A stretch of DNA of 48,870 nucleotides from Ginsengibacter sp. Lineage in GTDB: Bacteria > Bacteroidota > Bacteroidia > Chitinophagales > Chitinophagaceae. The first letter of the stretch is position 1, and each line of letters starts with the position of its first letter. The notes beneath the pieces are model-generated. The model searched no databases and was not told where the DNA came from. It worked only from the letters and a program-made list of their open reading frames with translations. The stretch covers positions 1-48,870 of the forward strand of contig JBDTYU010000308.1 of NCBI GenBank assembly GCA_040005535.1, given 5' to 3'. Positions 38,936-48,870 of this stretch are shown here, in pieces. Position numbers and translations under genes: made by a program.

Positions 38936-38965
38936 TCTCCTAAATCCCTCCAAAGAAGTGACTTT
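38936..38965. repeat. Degenerate REP-like element in the atpF-atpH spacer
   Basis: tctcctaaatccctccaaagaagtgacttt; resembles 8251-8270. Confidence 0.4.
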
Positions 38966-39055
38966 AATAATTTTTATTTGATAATTTTTCTAATGACAAG
39001 TTTAAATTTTATACACCAGTCCTGTTGGTTTCTAATTCGAAGAAAAAAGGTGCTT

Positions 39056-39550
39056 CTAATTCAACTCAACCTTTGCAGCGAGTTGCTGAATATATTTTTC
39101 CTGTTCTTCTTTATTATTAAGTTCTCTTCTCAATACTTTTTCGCTTACTTCGATTACTAAATTTCCAACCTGGTTTTTAAGATCAGTTAATGCTGCCATT
39201 TTTTGCTGGTTAATAGCACCCTGTGCATCTGCAATAATTTTATTGGTTTCTGCTCTTGCTTGTTCTTTTGCTTCGCTGATGATTTTATCACGGGTTTCTT
39301 TTGCTTCTCTCATCATTATCGCTCTTTCTTCACGAGCTTTGGAAAGAAGGATTTCATTTTCACTTTTTAGTTCTGCCATCTCGGCCCTTACTTTCTCAGC
39401 TGTAGCCAAGGACTCTGCAATTCCTTTTTCACGTTGATTTAATGAATTCAATATTGGCTTCCAGGCAAATTTCTTTAAAATCAGGAATACGATTATAAAG
39501 GATAGTAAAGTCCAAAATATCAATCCAAATCCTGGTGTGAGTAATTGCAT
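39056..39550 (-). CDS. atpF: ATP synthase b subunit
   Basis: PGFGLIFW TM segment, KKFAWKPIL, long coiled coil. Confidence 0.96.
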   Translation of the reverse strand: MQLLTPGFGLIFWTLLSFIIVFLILKKFAWKPILNSLNQREKGIAESLATAEKVRAEMAELKSENEILLSKAREERAIMMREAKETRDKIISEAKEQARAETNKIIADAQGAINQQKMAALTDLKNQVGNLVIEVSEKVLRRELNNKEEQEKYIQQLAAKVELN

Positions 39551-39714
39551 AAAAAAAAATTAAAAGTTAATTGCCCGAATACTTTGTTTTTGCACGCAAG
39601 TACAAGTGAGTGACACAACGAAGGTGAGAGACCATGAACATCTCACCAATTAAAAAGACTTCAAACGCCCTTTAAGCGTTAGCCAACCATATGTTCAGTG
39701 CGGCAATCGCAGAA

Positions 39715-39990
<276 letters not shown>

Positions 39991-39994
39991 TCAA

Positions 39995-41134
39995 TTAAAT
40001 AATTACTGCATCTTCATTTCCAATGATATTATGATCACTTCCTTCAAAAGCCTGGCCTATAAATACTGCCGTAAGAATAGTAAAAATATACGCCTGTAAA
40101 AATGCTATTAATAATTCTATTAAATAAATAAAAACCACAAAAAGAATCGAAAGTGGCGAAAAGCCCCATCCTATATATGTATTCAAAGCCCCGAAAATAA
40201 ATATAAGCGAAACAAGGCTTATGATAATAATATGGCCTGCGATCATATTTGCAAATAACCGTATCATTAATGCAAAGGGTTTTGTGAAAATGCCCAGTAT
40301 CTCCACCGGTATCAATATCACCTTAACACCATGTGGAACAGGAGGCCAGAAAATATGACTCCAATAATGTTTTTTTGTGCTGATCAGAATTACGACGAAT
40401 GAAATAAACGATAGCACCATTGTGAAAGCAATATTGCCTGTAACGTTGGCTGACCCTGGGATTAAGCCTACGAGGTTATTAATCAAAATAAAAAAGAATA
40501 CAGTTAATAAATAAGGAAAGTATTTCTGATACTTATGGCCTAAATTCGGTACAGCAACTTCATCACGAACAAATGTGATAATTGGCTCAACTAAATTCTG
40601 TAAACCTTTTGGCGCAGAAGTTATTCCCTCGCCTGATTTGTATCGCCTTGCTACACTTGTCATTATTAAAACAAGCAGACTTAATGCAATAATCATTTGT
40701 ACTACATTACGGGTAAGTGATACATCATAAATTTTTATGGAGGTATTTATGGCACCCTCATCATTTATTGCAACAATATCTCCCGCTGTATATTTTTTTG
40801 GATCTAATTTTTGTTCTGCTATTTTTTCATCAGTAATAAGCCGGTATCCCTTGTAATCATTGTCACCATGATTGAATTTGGAAGACATGAAACAGGTTAA
40901 TCCTCTTTGTTTTGAATACAATATTACCGGAAGAGGTATAGTGGCATGATGCATTTTTCCCTCATTTCCTTTGTAAGAAAAAAAGTGGAACTCATGTGCA
41001 TCCATAACATGACCAAAAATCACTTCATTGGCGTCAAATGCTTTCTTTTCCTGTCCAAAAATATTATTGGAAAACGAAAGCATGATAAGGCTGAAAACCG
41101 CTACCAATAAAGATTTCATGCTTTTTAAATTCAT
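39995..41134 (-). CDS. atpB: ATP synthase a subunit, with Bacteroidota-type signal peptide and periplasmic N-terminal domain
   Basis: IFGHVMDAHEFH, TGNIAFT, IRLFANMIAGH, FLQAYIF; start moved to ATG 41134, downstream of TATCTTTG (41154-41161). Confidence 0.95.
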   Translation of the reverse strand: MNLKSMKSLLVAVFSLIMLSFSNNIFGQEKKAFDANEVIFGHVMDAHEFHFFSYKGNEGKMHHATIPLPVILYSKQRGLTCFMSSKFNHGDNDYKGYRLITDEKIAEQKLDPKKYTAGDIVAINDEGAINTSIKIYDVSLTRNVVQMIIALSLLVLIMTSVARRYKSGEGITSAPKGLQNLVEPIITFVRDEVAVPNLGHKYQKYFPYLLTVFFFILINNLVGLIPGSANVTGNIAFTMVLSFISFVVILISTKKHYWSHIFWPPVPHGVKVILIPVEILGIFTKPFALMIRLFANMIAGHIIIISLVSLIFIFGALNTYIGWGFSPLSILFVVFIYLIELLIAFLQAYIFTILTAVFIGQAFEGSDHNIIGNEDAVII

Positions 41135-41304
41135 ACTTGTTCTCAATTTGGCGCAAAGATAAGGGGTTTGTATGAGGATATGAAATGAGTGCTGATATAA
41201 TTCTGAATTCAGCATTTTTATTTCAATCTTGTCCTGGATAATCGCAAGATTCACCGGTGAAATATTACCTTGTAAACTTAACTTTAATAAAAGATATATT
41301 TTCT

Positions 41305-43473
41305 ATGTTCAAAAATTTCTTTTTCAAAACATTTCTTTTTACAGTATATACATTTTTGTTTACTGCAAGCCTGCATGCTCAAAAAAAAGATTTCACAGCA
41401 GAACAATTATTAAAAAATAAAATGCCTTTGGTGGTTGTGCCGCTTCCAACAATTGTTTCGTGGAATGATGATGATCATTTGGTTTTGTCACGCAAAGTCT
41501 CTACAGATTCTATAGCAAAGCAATTTTTGTTTGACCTGAAAACTCTTAAGGAAATGCAATTGGAAAAGCCCGGAAATGTTACAACGGTTGCTTCAGGAAA
41601 ATCTGTTTACATGAAAGGTAATGATCTCTATTTTAAGCAAGGCAATAATACCGAAGTTCGTTTAACAAGTGATAGTACAAAAGAGGTGAACCCCACCTTT
41701 TCGCCCGATAGTAACTATGTCGCATACACGAAGAATAATAATTTGTATGTTACGGGCTTAAATTCTCCGCTTGAAAAACAACTCACCTTTGATGGTAACG
41801 ACAGCATAATGAATGGTTACGCAAGCTGGGTATATACTGAAGAAATTCTTGGCAGAGCCTCTCATTACCGTGCATTTTGGTGGAGCCCTGATAGTAAAAA
41901 GATTGCTTTCTTCAAAACAGATGACAGCCCGGTTCCTGTATACACTATCGCAAGTTCAACAGGCCAGCATAGTGTAGTTGAGAAAGAACGTTATCCTGCT
42001 GCAGGCGATAAAAATCCGGAAGTAAAAATAGGGTTTGCTCATCTAAATGATAGCCACATAACATGGGCAGACTTCAATGAGCATGATGATCAGTATTTCG
42101 GAATGCCGTACTGGAAGCCAGATGGAAGTTCATTATTGGCGTTATGGATAAACAGAGATCAAAATGATTTGAAAATTTATGATGTTAACCCGGGCACGGG
42201 CACTAAAAATATTTTTTATGAAGAAAAACAAAAAACATGGATCGATCTTGATGACCTTGACCGGATTACCTTTTTGAAAAATGGAAATTTTGTAATGCTT
42301 AGTGATAAAACCGGCTGGAGACACATGTATTATTATAGCGCTGATGGAAAGCTAATTAATACATTGACTTCCGGGAAATTTACTGTTATAAGTATAACCC
42401 ATATTGATGAAAAAAATAATACTGTTTATTTCCAGGCCCGGGGCCGGGAGAACAGTGCACGAATTGATTTCTATAGCGCAAAGCTGAATGGTAAAGATAT
42501 AAAACGCTTAACCTTTGGTGAATATAATAACCGCATACAAATGTCGCCATCGGGAGCATATTTTATAACAACTTACGGTAATGCATACACGCCGCCAAAA
42601 ATGACATTGTTTGATAATAAAGGAAATAAAGTTTCTGAGCTTGGAGATAGCAAAGGACCTGAAATAGAAAACTATAATATTGCAAAAACAGAATTGATAA
42701 GAGTAAAAAGTGATGACGGATTATTCAATCTTCCGGCGCTGGTTACATGGCCTCTCAACATGAATAGTTCAAAGAGATACCCGGTGCTTATAAGTATTTA
42801 TGGTGGTCCTGATGCCGGGACTGTTTGGGATAACTGGACGTTCAATGGTTTTCAGCAATGGTATGCAAAAGAAGGGCTTATTCAAATAAGCATGGATCAT
42901 CGTGCCAGTGGCCATTTCGGTAAAGAAGGGGTTAATTATATGTATCACAATCTTGGTTACTGGGAAATGAAAGATTACAGCACTATAGTAAAATATCTTA
43001 TCGATAAAGGATATGCAGACCCCAAGAAAATATGTATCACCGGCTTTAGCTATGGTGGTTATATGACGTGCTATGCACTTACGTATGGTGCAGATGTATT
43101 TACTCATGGAATGGCCGGAGGAAGTGTTACAGACTGGAGCTTGTATGATTCACATTACACTGAAAAATTTATGGGAACTCCCGCAAACAATTCAGATGGT
43201 TATAAATCGGGTTCTGTTTTAACCTGGGTAAATAAATATAAAGGCATGTTGCAAATTGTTCATGGCGAAATAGATGATAATGTTCATTTGCAAAACAGTC
43301 TTCAGTTAATAAGTAAGCTGGAGGATGATAAAAAAGATTTTGAATTTATGATATATCCTGGTGGCAGGCACGGCTGGCAGGGAAATAAGCAATTACATTT
43401 TCAAAACTTAAAAACCAAATTCATTTACAAATATTTACTGGAAAAACCTGTTCCGGAAAATTTACTCAAATAA
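41305..43473 (+). CDS. S9B dipeptidyl peptidase IV-family serine peptidase
   Basis: Signal peptide (LHA-Q); WVYTEE; GFSYGGY; HGEIDDNVH; GGRHGW; start moved to ATG 41305. Confidence 0.92.
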   Translation: MFKNFFFKTFLFTVYTFLFTASLHAQKKDFTAEQLLKNKMPLVVVPLPTIVSWNDDDHLVLSRKVSTDSIAKQFLFDLKTLKEMQLEKPGNVTTVASGKSVYMKGNDLYFKQGNNTEVRLTSDSTKEVNPTFSPDSNYVAYTKNNNLYVTGLNSPLEKQLTFDGNDSIMNGYASWVYTEEILGRASHYRAFWWSPDSKKIAFFKTDDSPVPVYTIASSTGQHSVVEKERYPAAGDKNPEVKIGFAHLNDSHITWADFNEHDDQYFGMPYWKPDGSSLLALWINRDQNDLKIYDVNPGTGTKNIFYEEKQKTWIDLDDLDRITFLKNGNFVMLSDKTGWRHMYYYSADGKLINTLTSGKFTVISITHIDEKNNTVYFQARGRENSARIDFYSAKLNGKDIKRLTFGEYNNRIQMSPSGAYFITTYGNAYTPPKMTLFDNKGNKVSELGDSKGPEIENYNIAKTELIRVKSDDGLFNLPALVTWPLNMNSSKRYPVLISIYGGPDAGTVWDNWTFNGFQQWYAKEGLIQISMDHRASGHFGKEGVNYMYHNLGYWEMKDYSTIVKYLIDKGYADPKKICITGFSYGGYMTCYALTYGADVFTHGMAGGSVTDWSLYDSHYTEKFMGTPANNSDGYKSGSVLTWVNKYKGMLQIVHGEIDDNVHLQNSLQLISKLEDDKKDFEFMIYPGGRHGWQGNKQLHFQNLKTKFIYKYLLEKPVPENLLK

Positions 43474-43496
43474 AGAAAAGATTGAATTAAAATTTG

Positions 43497-43727
43497 ATGA
43501 AGTCTGCAAAAGAGATATTATCGTTACCCTTCATTGCTTTAATAAAATTATATCAGTTAATTATTTCTCCCTGGCTTGGCTCTCAATGCAGGTACACTCC
43601 CACATGTTCTCAATACGGTATTGAGGCATTACAAAAATACGGCCCTCTTAAAGGATTATGGCTTACAATAAAAAGGGTTGCAAGTTGTAACCCATGGGGT
43701 GGGCATGGCCACGACCCGGTTCCATAA
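43497..43727 (+). CDS. yidD: Membrane protein insertion efficiency factor YidD
   Basis: [30 protein letters not shown]. Confidence 0.95.
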   Translation: MKSAKEILSLPFIALIKLYQLIISPWLGSQCRYTPTCSQYGIEALQKYGPLKGLWLTIKRVASCNPWGGHGHDPVP

Positions 43728-43743
43728 CGGTGATGTATACACG

Positions 43744-43775
43744 AAAAAAAAAGCCGCAACAAATTGTTGCAGCTT
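43744..43775 (-). terminator. Rho-independent terminator for sod (possibly bidirectional)
   Basis: Minus strand AAGCTGCAAC-aattt-GTTGCGGCTT followed by a T run. Confidence 0.8.
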
Positions 43776-43830
43776 AGAGATATTTTTTTAATTATTTAAT
43801 TCTTCATTTGTGGAGAAGGCTGAGATCAGG

Positions 43831-44430
43831 TTATCCTTTCTCAAAATGCTCAGTCACTTTCTTCCAGTTAACTACATTCCAGAAAGCTTTTAAATAATCA
43901 GGCCTTTTGTTCTGATACTTTAAATAATAAGAGTGTTCCCACACATCGCAACCCAGTATCGGCTTGCATTTACATTCAGCCACATCCATTAATGGATTAT
44001 CCTGGTTGGGTGTGGAGCAAATAACCAGCTTACCATCAGCAACACCAAGCCATACCCATCCGCTGCCAAAACGTGTTGTACCTGCTGCGTTAAATTTTTC
44101 CTTCATTTCATCAAAAGAGCCGAAAGCTTCGTCAATAGCTGCTGCTAATTTTCCTTCAGGCTTACCACCATTTGATGATAAAATTTCCCAGAAAAAACTG
44201 TGGTTCCAGTGGCCGCCTCCATTATTGCGCACAGCGGGGCTTATTTTTCCTGCATTTGCAAGCAACTCTTCAATTGTTTTATTTTCGTTTTCTGTACCCG
44301 CAATAGCTTTATTAAGATTATCAATATATGCCTGGTGATGCTTATCATGGTGAATCTGCATCGTTTCTTTATCAATCGTTGGCTCAAGAGCATCGAAGCT
44401 GTAAGGCAGAGCCGGTAATGTAAATGCCAT
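43831..44430 (-). CDS. sodA: Fe/Mn superoxide dismutase (Mn/cambialistic type)
   Basis: [33 protein letters not shown]; TAAATTTG at 44466-44473. Confidence 0.93.
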   Translation of the reverse strand: MAFTLPALPYSFDALEPTIDKETMQIHHDKHHQAYIDNLNKAIAGTENENKTIEELLANAGKISPAVRNNGGGHWNHSFFWEILSSNGGKPEGKLAAAIDEAFGSFDEMKEKFNAAGTTRFGSGWVWLGVADGKLVICSTPNQDNPLMDVAECKCKPILGCDVWEHSYYLKYQNKRPDYLKAFWNVVNWKKVTEHFEKG

Positions 44431-44570
44431 AGTTGTAAATTTTAAGTTTAATAATTATAGAGGAACAAATTTACCAAGTATAAATTATAAAAAGAGAAGA
44501 CATGTTTACTATTTCCTTATCCCGAAAATATTTTTTGGGGCTATCATAGCTGTTCATTATTCAACTAACA

Positions 44571-44999
44571 CTATTTTCTTTTGCTTTTAAAAAAATCTTT
44601 CAAAAGTGTTACACATTCTTCTTCACAAACTTTGTTTACAATTTCAGTTTTAGGATGTAATCTTACATACCTTACTCCACCGTGTTTAGGATCAGATGAT
44701 CCATATACAAGCCTTCCGATTTTGCTCCAGTACAAAGCGCCGCAACACATGGCGCATGGTTCAATTGTAACGTATATAGTTGCTTCCGGTAAATATTTTG
44801 AACCTAAATAATTAAACGCTGATGTAAGTGCAATAATCTCTGCATGAGCTGTTGAATCATTAAGTGTTTCCACCTGGTTATAGCCACGGGCAATTATTTT
44901 ATCCTGCATTACAATCACTGCGCCTATAGGAACTTCATCAGCTTCAAGGGCTTTTTGAGCTTCTCTCAGTGCATGTTTCATGTAATGTTCATCATCCAT
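44571..44999 (-). CDS. tadA: tRNA-specific adenosine deaminase
   Basis: EVPIGAV, TAHAEII, EPCAMC; start moved to ATG 44999. Confidence 0.88.
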   Translation of the reverse strand: MDDEHYMKHALREAQKALEADEVPIGAVIVMQDKIIARGYNQVETLNDSTAHAEIIALTSAFNYLGSKYLPEATIYVTIEPCAMCCGALYWSKIGRLVYGSSDPKHGGVRYVRLHPKTEIVNKVCEEECVTLLKDFFKSKRK

Positions 45000-45082
45000 A
45001 GTTTTTGGAAATAATATTGATGTCGCATTAATTATTCTTTTTAAAAAGATGCGATTATCTTGAGGAAACAAATGTAGCAGTT

Positions 45083-46459
45083 ATGACTGATTTAAATTCC
45101 ACGCTTAAAAATCTTCGCAGCTTTTACAATAGCGGCGCAACACTTTCTTATGAATTCAGGAAAAAACAATTAGAGGCTTTTGAAAAAGCGATCATAAAAT
45201 ATGAGGATGAAATCAATACAGCTTTGTATGCCGATCTGAAAAAAAGTAAAGAAGAAACGTGGGCAACCGAAACGGGCTTGCTAATGGGAGAAATTAAAAA
45301 CGCCAATAAAAATTTACATAAGTGGATGCAGCCAAAAAAAGTATCGACTGGGCTTGTTACTTTTCCTTCCTCTGCTAAAATATACAGGGATCCTTTGGGT
45401 GTTGTTTTGATTATTTCGCCGTGGAATTATCCTTTGCAATTGTTATTGATTCCTTTAGTGGGCGCTATTGCAGGTGGTAACTGTGCAGTGCTGAAACCTT
45501 CAGAGCTGGCTCCTGCTACTGAAAAAATTATTATAAAAATTATTGAAGAAATCTTTCCGGCAAATTATATAAAAGTAGTTACCGGCAGTGGCGCTGAGGT
45601 AGTACCGGCTATGATAAACAATTTTCGTTTTGACCATATTTTTTATACAGGAAGTACAACAGTAGGTAGAGAAATTTATAAGCTTGCTGCAAAAGATTTA
45701 ATTCCTGTTACGCTGGAACTTGGCGGCAAAAGTCCCTGCGTTGTATATGATGATGCTGATATAAAGATTGCTGCGAAAAGGATAATTCTCGGTAAATTTT
45801 TAAACGCCGGGCAAACATGTATTGCGCCTGATTATATTTTAGTTCATCAATCTGTAAAAAATAAATTGCTGAATGAATTGAAAGACAGCATCCAAAAATT
45901 TTATACTGATGAACCTTCTTCCAGCTATGAGTATGGGAAAATAATTAATGAAACCCGTTTCAAAAAATTGTTAAGTTACCTAAAGAAAGAAAAAATATTT
46001 TATGGTGGAAAAAATGATGAAGCCTCATTATATATTGAGCCGACAATTCTCATAGATATATCATTAGATGATGATGTAATGAAAGAAGAAATCTTTGGTC
46101 CTGTAATACCCGTCTTGTCATTTACTACAACTGAAGAGGCTATGAATATAGTGCAGCAAAATGAAAATCCACTGGCATTTTATTTATTTACAAAAAACGA
46201 AAACACAGAAGAAGAATGGATGCAAAAAATTCCTTTCGGTGGAGGATGTATCAATAATACCGTATGGCATTTTACCAATGAACATCTACCTTTCGGAGGT
46301 ATCGGCAACAGTGGTACCGGCGCTTACCACGGCAAAAATACTTTCAATGTTTTTACCCATGCAAAGCCAGTTTTGAAAAGTTCCACATTACTGGATCCTT
46401 CTTTGAAATACCCACCATTCAAAGGAAAGATGAAATGGTTTAAAAAGTTGATTGGGTAG
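45083..46459 (+). CDS. NAD(P)-dependent aldehyde dehydrogenase (ALDH3-like)
   Basis: PWNYP, KPSE, YTGS, LELGGKSP, catalytic GQTCIAPDY, EEIFGP. Confidence 0.93.
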   Translation: MTDLNSTLKNLRSFYNSGATLSYEFRKKQLEAFEKAIIKYEDEINTALYADLKKSKEETWATETGLLMGEIKNANKNLHKWMQPKKVSTGLVTFPSSAKIYRDPLGVVLIISPWNYPLQLLLIPLVGAIAGGNCAVLKPSELAPATEKIIIKIIEEIFPANYIKVVTGSGAEVVPAMINNFRFDHIFYTGSTTVGREIYKLAAKDLIPVTLELGGKSPCVVYDDADIKIAAKRIILGKFLNAGQTCIAPDYILVHQSVKNKLLNELKDSIQKFYTDEPSSSYEYGKIINETRFKKLLSYLKKEKIFYGGKNDEASLYIEPTILIDISLDDDVMKEEIFGPVIPVLSFTTTEEAMNIVQQNENPLAFYLFTKNENTEEEWMQKIPFGGGCINNTVWHFTNEHLPFGGIGNSGTGAYHGKNTFNVFTHAKPVLKSSTLLDPSLKYPPFKGKMKWFKKLIG

Positions 46460-46473
46460 AAAATTATTGTTTT

Positions 46474-46644
46474 TTATATTTCCTTTTTGGGATATCTTTT
46501 GTGATGATATATCGATGATATTACAATTACCTTTTTACTTTCATCAATAAATAAACAATGTAAAAATGGATATGTCTTTAAAGATGTTTCTCTAAAATAT
46601 TTATAAGCATTGCGATAGCGTAAAGGATTTATGCAGATTCTTTC
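46474..46644 (-). pseudogene. C-terminal remnant of a RelE/ParE-family toxin
   Basis: Minus frame ERICINPLRYRNAYKYFRETSLKTYPFLHCLFIDESKKVIVISSIYHHKRYPKKEI*; in-frame TGA immediately upstream, no start codon, no antitoxin. Confidence 0.7.
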
Positions 46645-46790
46645 TCATGCGAAGTTTACTAGATCCTTTTATTTCACCAGGTTTAAAACTTTTGAAATTT
46701 TATAACTTACTAAAGATAGAAGTTCAGCCAACCTTTATATTAGCGACAAGCTATAAATTTACTGTAGAGATAACTCGTGAGAAAATGATC

Positions 46791-48053
46791 TCAATGACTT
46801 TTTATATAATTTGCCAGTTCATCCCGGCTGTTTTGTGAATTAAATAAATTATTTAACTGAAGAAAATTCGCAGAATCTGTTACAGTTTTGTACGACAGCT
46901 TTGCCAATTCAAGCCTGTTACTTTCGGTATTAATCAAAAGTAATAATTGTCTTACCTGATTTGTAGTGAAATGATTAGCAGGGTCATTAAATACATCTGT
47001 TTCATAATTTATCTTAAGAAATTGTATCAAATTGACGCGTACATTGTTCAATAGCTTATTAAAATCCTCATCCCCCATGGGAGTTTTAATCGTAGTTTGA
47101 TTGTTAGTAATATTCCAACCCTTTGTGCGTAGAAAATTATTTAATTCATCCTTGCTTTCCTGGGTTTTAAAAAGATCGTATAATCTTATAAAGTTGACAG
47201 AATCGGTAACTGAACGATAAGATAATTTGGCCAGATCAACACGGTCACTTTCTAATGTAATCAACGTTAATAATTGCCTTATTTGTGATGTACTAAAATA
47301 ATTATTTGAATTATTAAATGCATCACTTTCAGCTTCACCCTTAAGAGCCTGTGACCATTTACTCTGCACGCCTTGCAATAACAGGTTGAATTTAGAATCA
47401 ACCATTGGAGTTTTCATTACAGTTTGACCAGAGATATTCCAACCTTTTGTGTGAAGGAAATCACTTAGCTCATCTCTGCTTGCCTGGGTTTTAAACAGAT
47501 CATAAAGCTGTATAAAATTAGCTGAGTCTGTAACTGAGCGATAAGACAACTTAGCCAGTTCCAGCCGGTCATTTTCTAATGTAATTAATGTTAATAATTG
47601 TTTTATCTGTTTTGAACTAAAATAATTATTTGTGTTATTGAAGGCTTCGCTTTCAGTTTCCCCCTTGAGAGCCTGGGAAAATTTACTCCGTACACTTTGT
47701 AACAGCTGGTTGAATTTATTATCAACCATAGGAATGTTGATGGTAGGTTGACCAGGAATATTCCAACCTTTTGTGCGAAGAAAATCATTCAATTCATCTT
47801 TGTTTGCCTGAGTTTTAAACAGATCGCTAAGTTGTGAGAAATTAGCAGAATCTGTAGCAGAGCGGTAGGATAGTTTTGCCAAATCAAGCCGGTCACTTTC
47901 TAATGTAATTAAAGTTAATAGTTGTTTTATCTGGGATATGCTGAAATAATTATTTTGGTTATTAAAAGCTTCACTTTCAGTTTCACCCTTAAGAGCCTGT
48001 GACCATTTACTCTTTACGTTTTGCAATAGCTGGTTAAAGTCATAATTTGACAT
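46791..48053 (-). repeat. Four tandem ~324-bp intragenic repeats
   Basis: Repeat-initial Met codons at 48053, 47729, 47405 and 47078 (periods 324, 324, 327 nt), with DNA similarity visible by eye. Confidence 0.9.
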
Positions 48054-48491
48054 AGACGTTTTATCATTGCTTTTCTCATTACCAGATGTTGGGTTTTCAC
48101 TAAATTCGGCACGACCGTTAACATTGATTGTAATATCCAAATCATACCCTTCTCTTAAATAAAAACTTTTTGAATAAACAAGTATCTTTTTAGAAGTGCT
48201 GTTATATTTGGGGTTATTATTGCCTAAGCTATAGATTTTAATAGCATGTTTTGCTGTTTCAAGATCATTAATAACCGCCCTATTTTGATTGGTATTAGTG
48301 CGGTTGTAATTTTTATTTGAAAAAAAACTATTCCTATCGAGAATTACCTTGTAGTTTTTAGTATTATTGTTTATTCCGTTAAATATAATATTTACTGATT
48401 GGGTTGATTGTGCAAAAGTTGGAATGCCTATAAAACTGCACAGAAGAATTGTGAAAATGGTTTTGCTATATTTTGCTTGCCTGTTTATCAT
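46791..48491 (-). CDS. Secreted protein with four tandem DUF4476-like helical domains
   Basis: Signal peptide (TFA-Q); four ~108-aa repeats with M..xFNQLL...NYFS..QIKQLL.LI..E..RL.LAKLSY..VTD..NF. Confidence 0.8.
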   Translation of the reverse strand: MINRQAKYSKTIFTILLCSFIGIPTFAQSTQSVNIIFNGINNNTKNYKVILDRNSFFSNKNYNRTNTNQNRAVINDLETAKHAIKIYSLGNNNPKYNSTSKKILVYSKSFYLREGYDLDITINVNGRAEFSENPTSGNEKSNDKTSMSNYDFNQLLQNVKSKWSQALKGETESEAFNNQNNYFSISQIKQLLTLITLESDRLDLAKLSYRSATDSANFSQLSDLFKTQANKDELNDFLRTKGWNIPGQPTINIPMVDNKFNQLLQSVRSKFSQALKGETESEAFNNTNNYFSSKQIKQLLTLITLENDRLELAKLSYRSVTDSANFIQLYDLFKTQASRDELSDFLHTKGWNISGQTVMKTPMVDSKFNLLLQGVQSKWSQALKGEAESDAFNNSNNYFSTSQIRQLLTLITLESDRVDLAKLSYRSVTDSVNFIRLYDLFKTQESKDELNNFLRTKGWNITNNQTTIKTPMGDEDFNKLLNNVRVNLIQFLKINYETDVFNDPANHFTTNQVRQLLLLINTESNRLELAKLSYKTVTDSANFLQLNNLFNSQNSRDELANYIKSH

Positions 48492-48511
48492 TTTTGGTTT
48501 TTTTACTTATA

Positions 48512-48530
48512 TACAGAAATAATGCCTAAA
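48512..48530 (-). promoter_or_regulatory. Possible sigma54-like -24/-12 promoter
   Basis: Minus strand TTTAGGCATTATTTCTGTA has GG-N10-GT spacing (canonical is GG-N10-GC), about 20 nt upstream of the ATG. Confidence 0.3.
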
Positions 48531-48870
48531 CTTTGAAAGCTCTCCTTATTAGAAAGCTGTGAGAAAATATGATAAAGATAAAGCAAAGCTCCATAAAGTA
48601 TTTTAACAGGATCATTGAGCGTAATTGAAAATCATTAATCCTTGAATAGAGATAGCTGGTGACTGGCAGATAAAATGGAGTTTTACTTGATTCAAGCTCT
48701 TGTATTTTATAACTATAGAACTTATGCGTAATGTAACAAGCAAGAGGGTTAAGGAATACGACCCAAAATCCTATAGTGTGTTGCTTTGGTTTTTCTTTCT
48801 TTTGTAAGGCTAGAAGAAAAAATTTAAAAGCGAATTTAAACTCAACTCAAATTTTTATTAATCTTATGAT

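Noticed and set aside
41135-41304. Long N-terminal extensions given by the ORF track for atpB and the second DPP-IV (also DegT, OXA, ssb, tadA, 10025)
   Set aside because: The extensions run over promoter motifs or precede clear signal peptides, so downstream ATGs fit better.
46791-48053. Repeats as a DGR template/variable pair or a CRISPR array
   Set aside because: They are in-frame protein-domain repeats with differences at all bases, no spacers, and no reverse transcriptase or cas genes in the window.
48866-48870. Possible ATG of a next gene at the window end
   Set aside because: Only 5 nt are visible, so it cannot be supported.

Overview
AT-rich chromosomal window from a Bacteroidota bacterium, most likely Chitinophagaceae. 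The evidence is gldD/gldE, a T9SS cargo protein with the 'LPV' linker, TAnnTTTG promoters and no obvious Shine-Dalgarno sites. It is mostly housekeeping: uxs-ugd-DegT sugar-nucleotide genes, waaA, tdk, ccmB, sucD, ade, a GH31 enzyme, two BNR/VPS10 beta-propeller proteins, Uma2, trmD, Hsp15, two S9B dipeptidyl peptidases, a class D beta-lactamase, gldD-gldE-ssb-mutY divergent from HU-TPR-bS22-RNase E/G, a fragmented ATP synthase operon, yidD, SOD, tadA, ALDH and a 4x DUF4476-like repeat protein. I saw no rRNA, tRNA, CRISPR, prophage, transposase, reverse transcriptase or multi-gene defence system, and I cannot support a new multi-gene system. The best signals not in the ORF track are a 29-aa bS22-like ribosomal protein gene, a 5x7-bp tandem repeat inside waaA, decayed ParE-toxin, LuxR and signal-peptide remnants, structured intergenic elements (atpE-atpF, Hsp15-trmD), probable leaderless transcripts, and a 4.5-kb inverted two-gene block splitting atpH from atpA. 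All calls are by-eye motif recognition; no searches were run.
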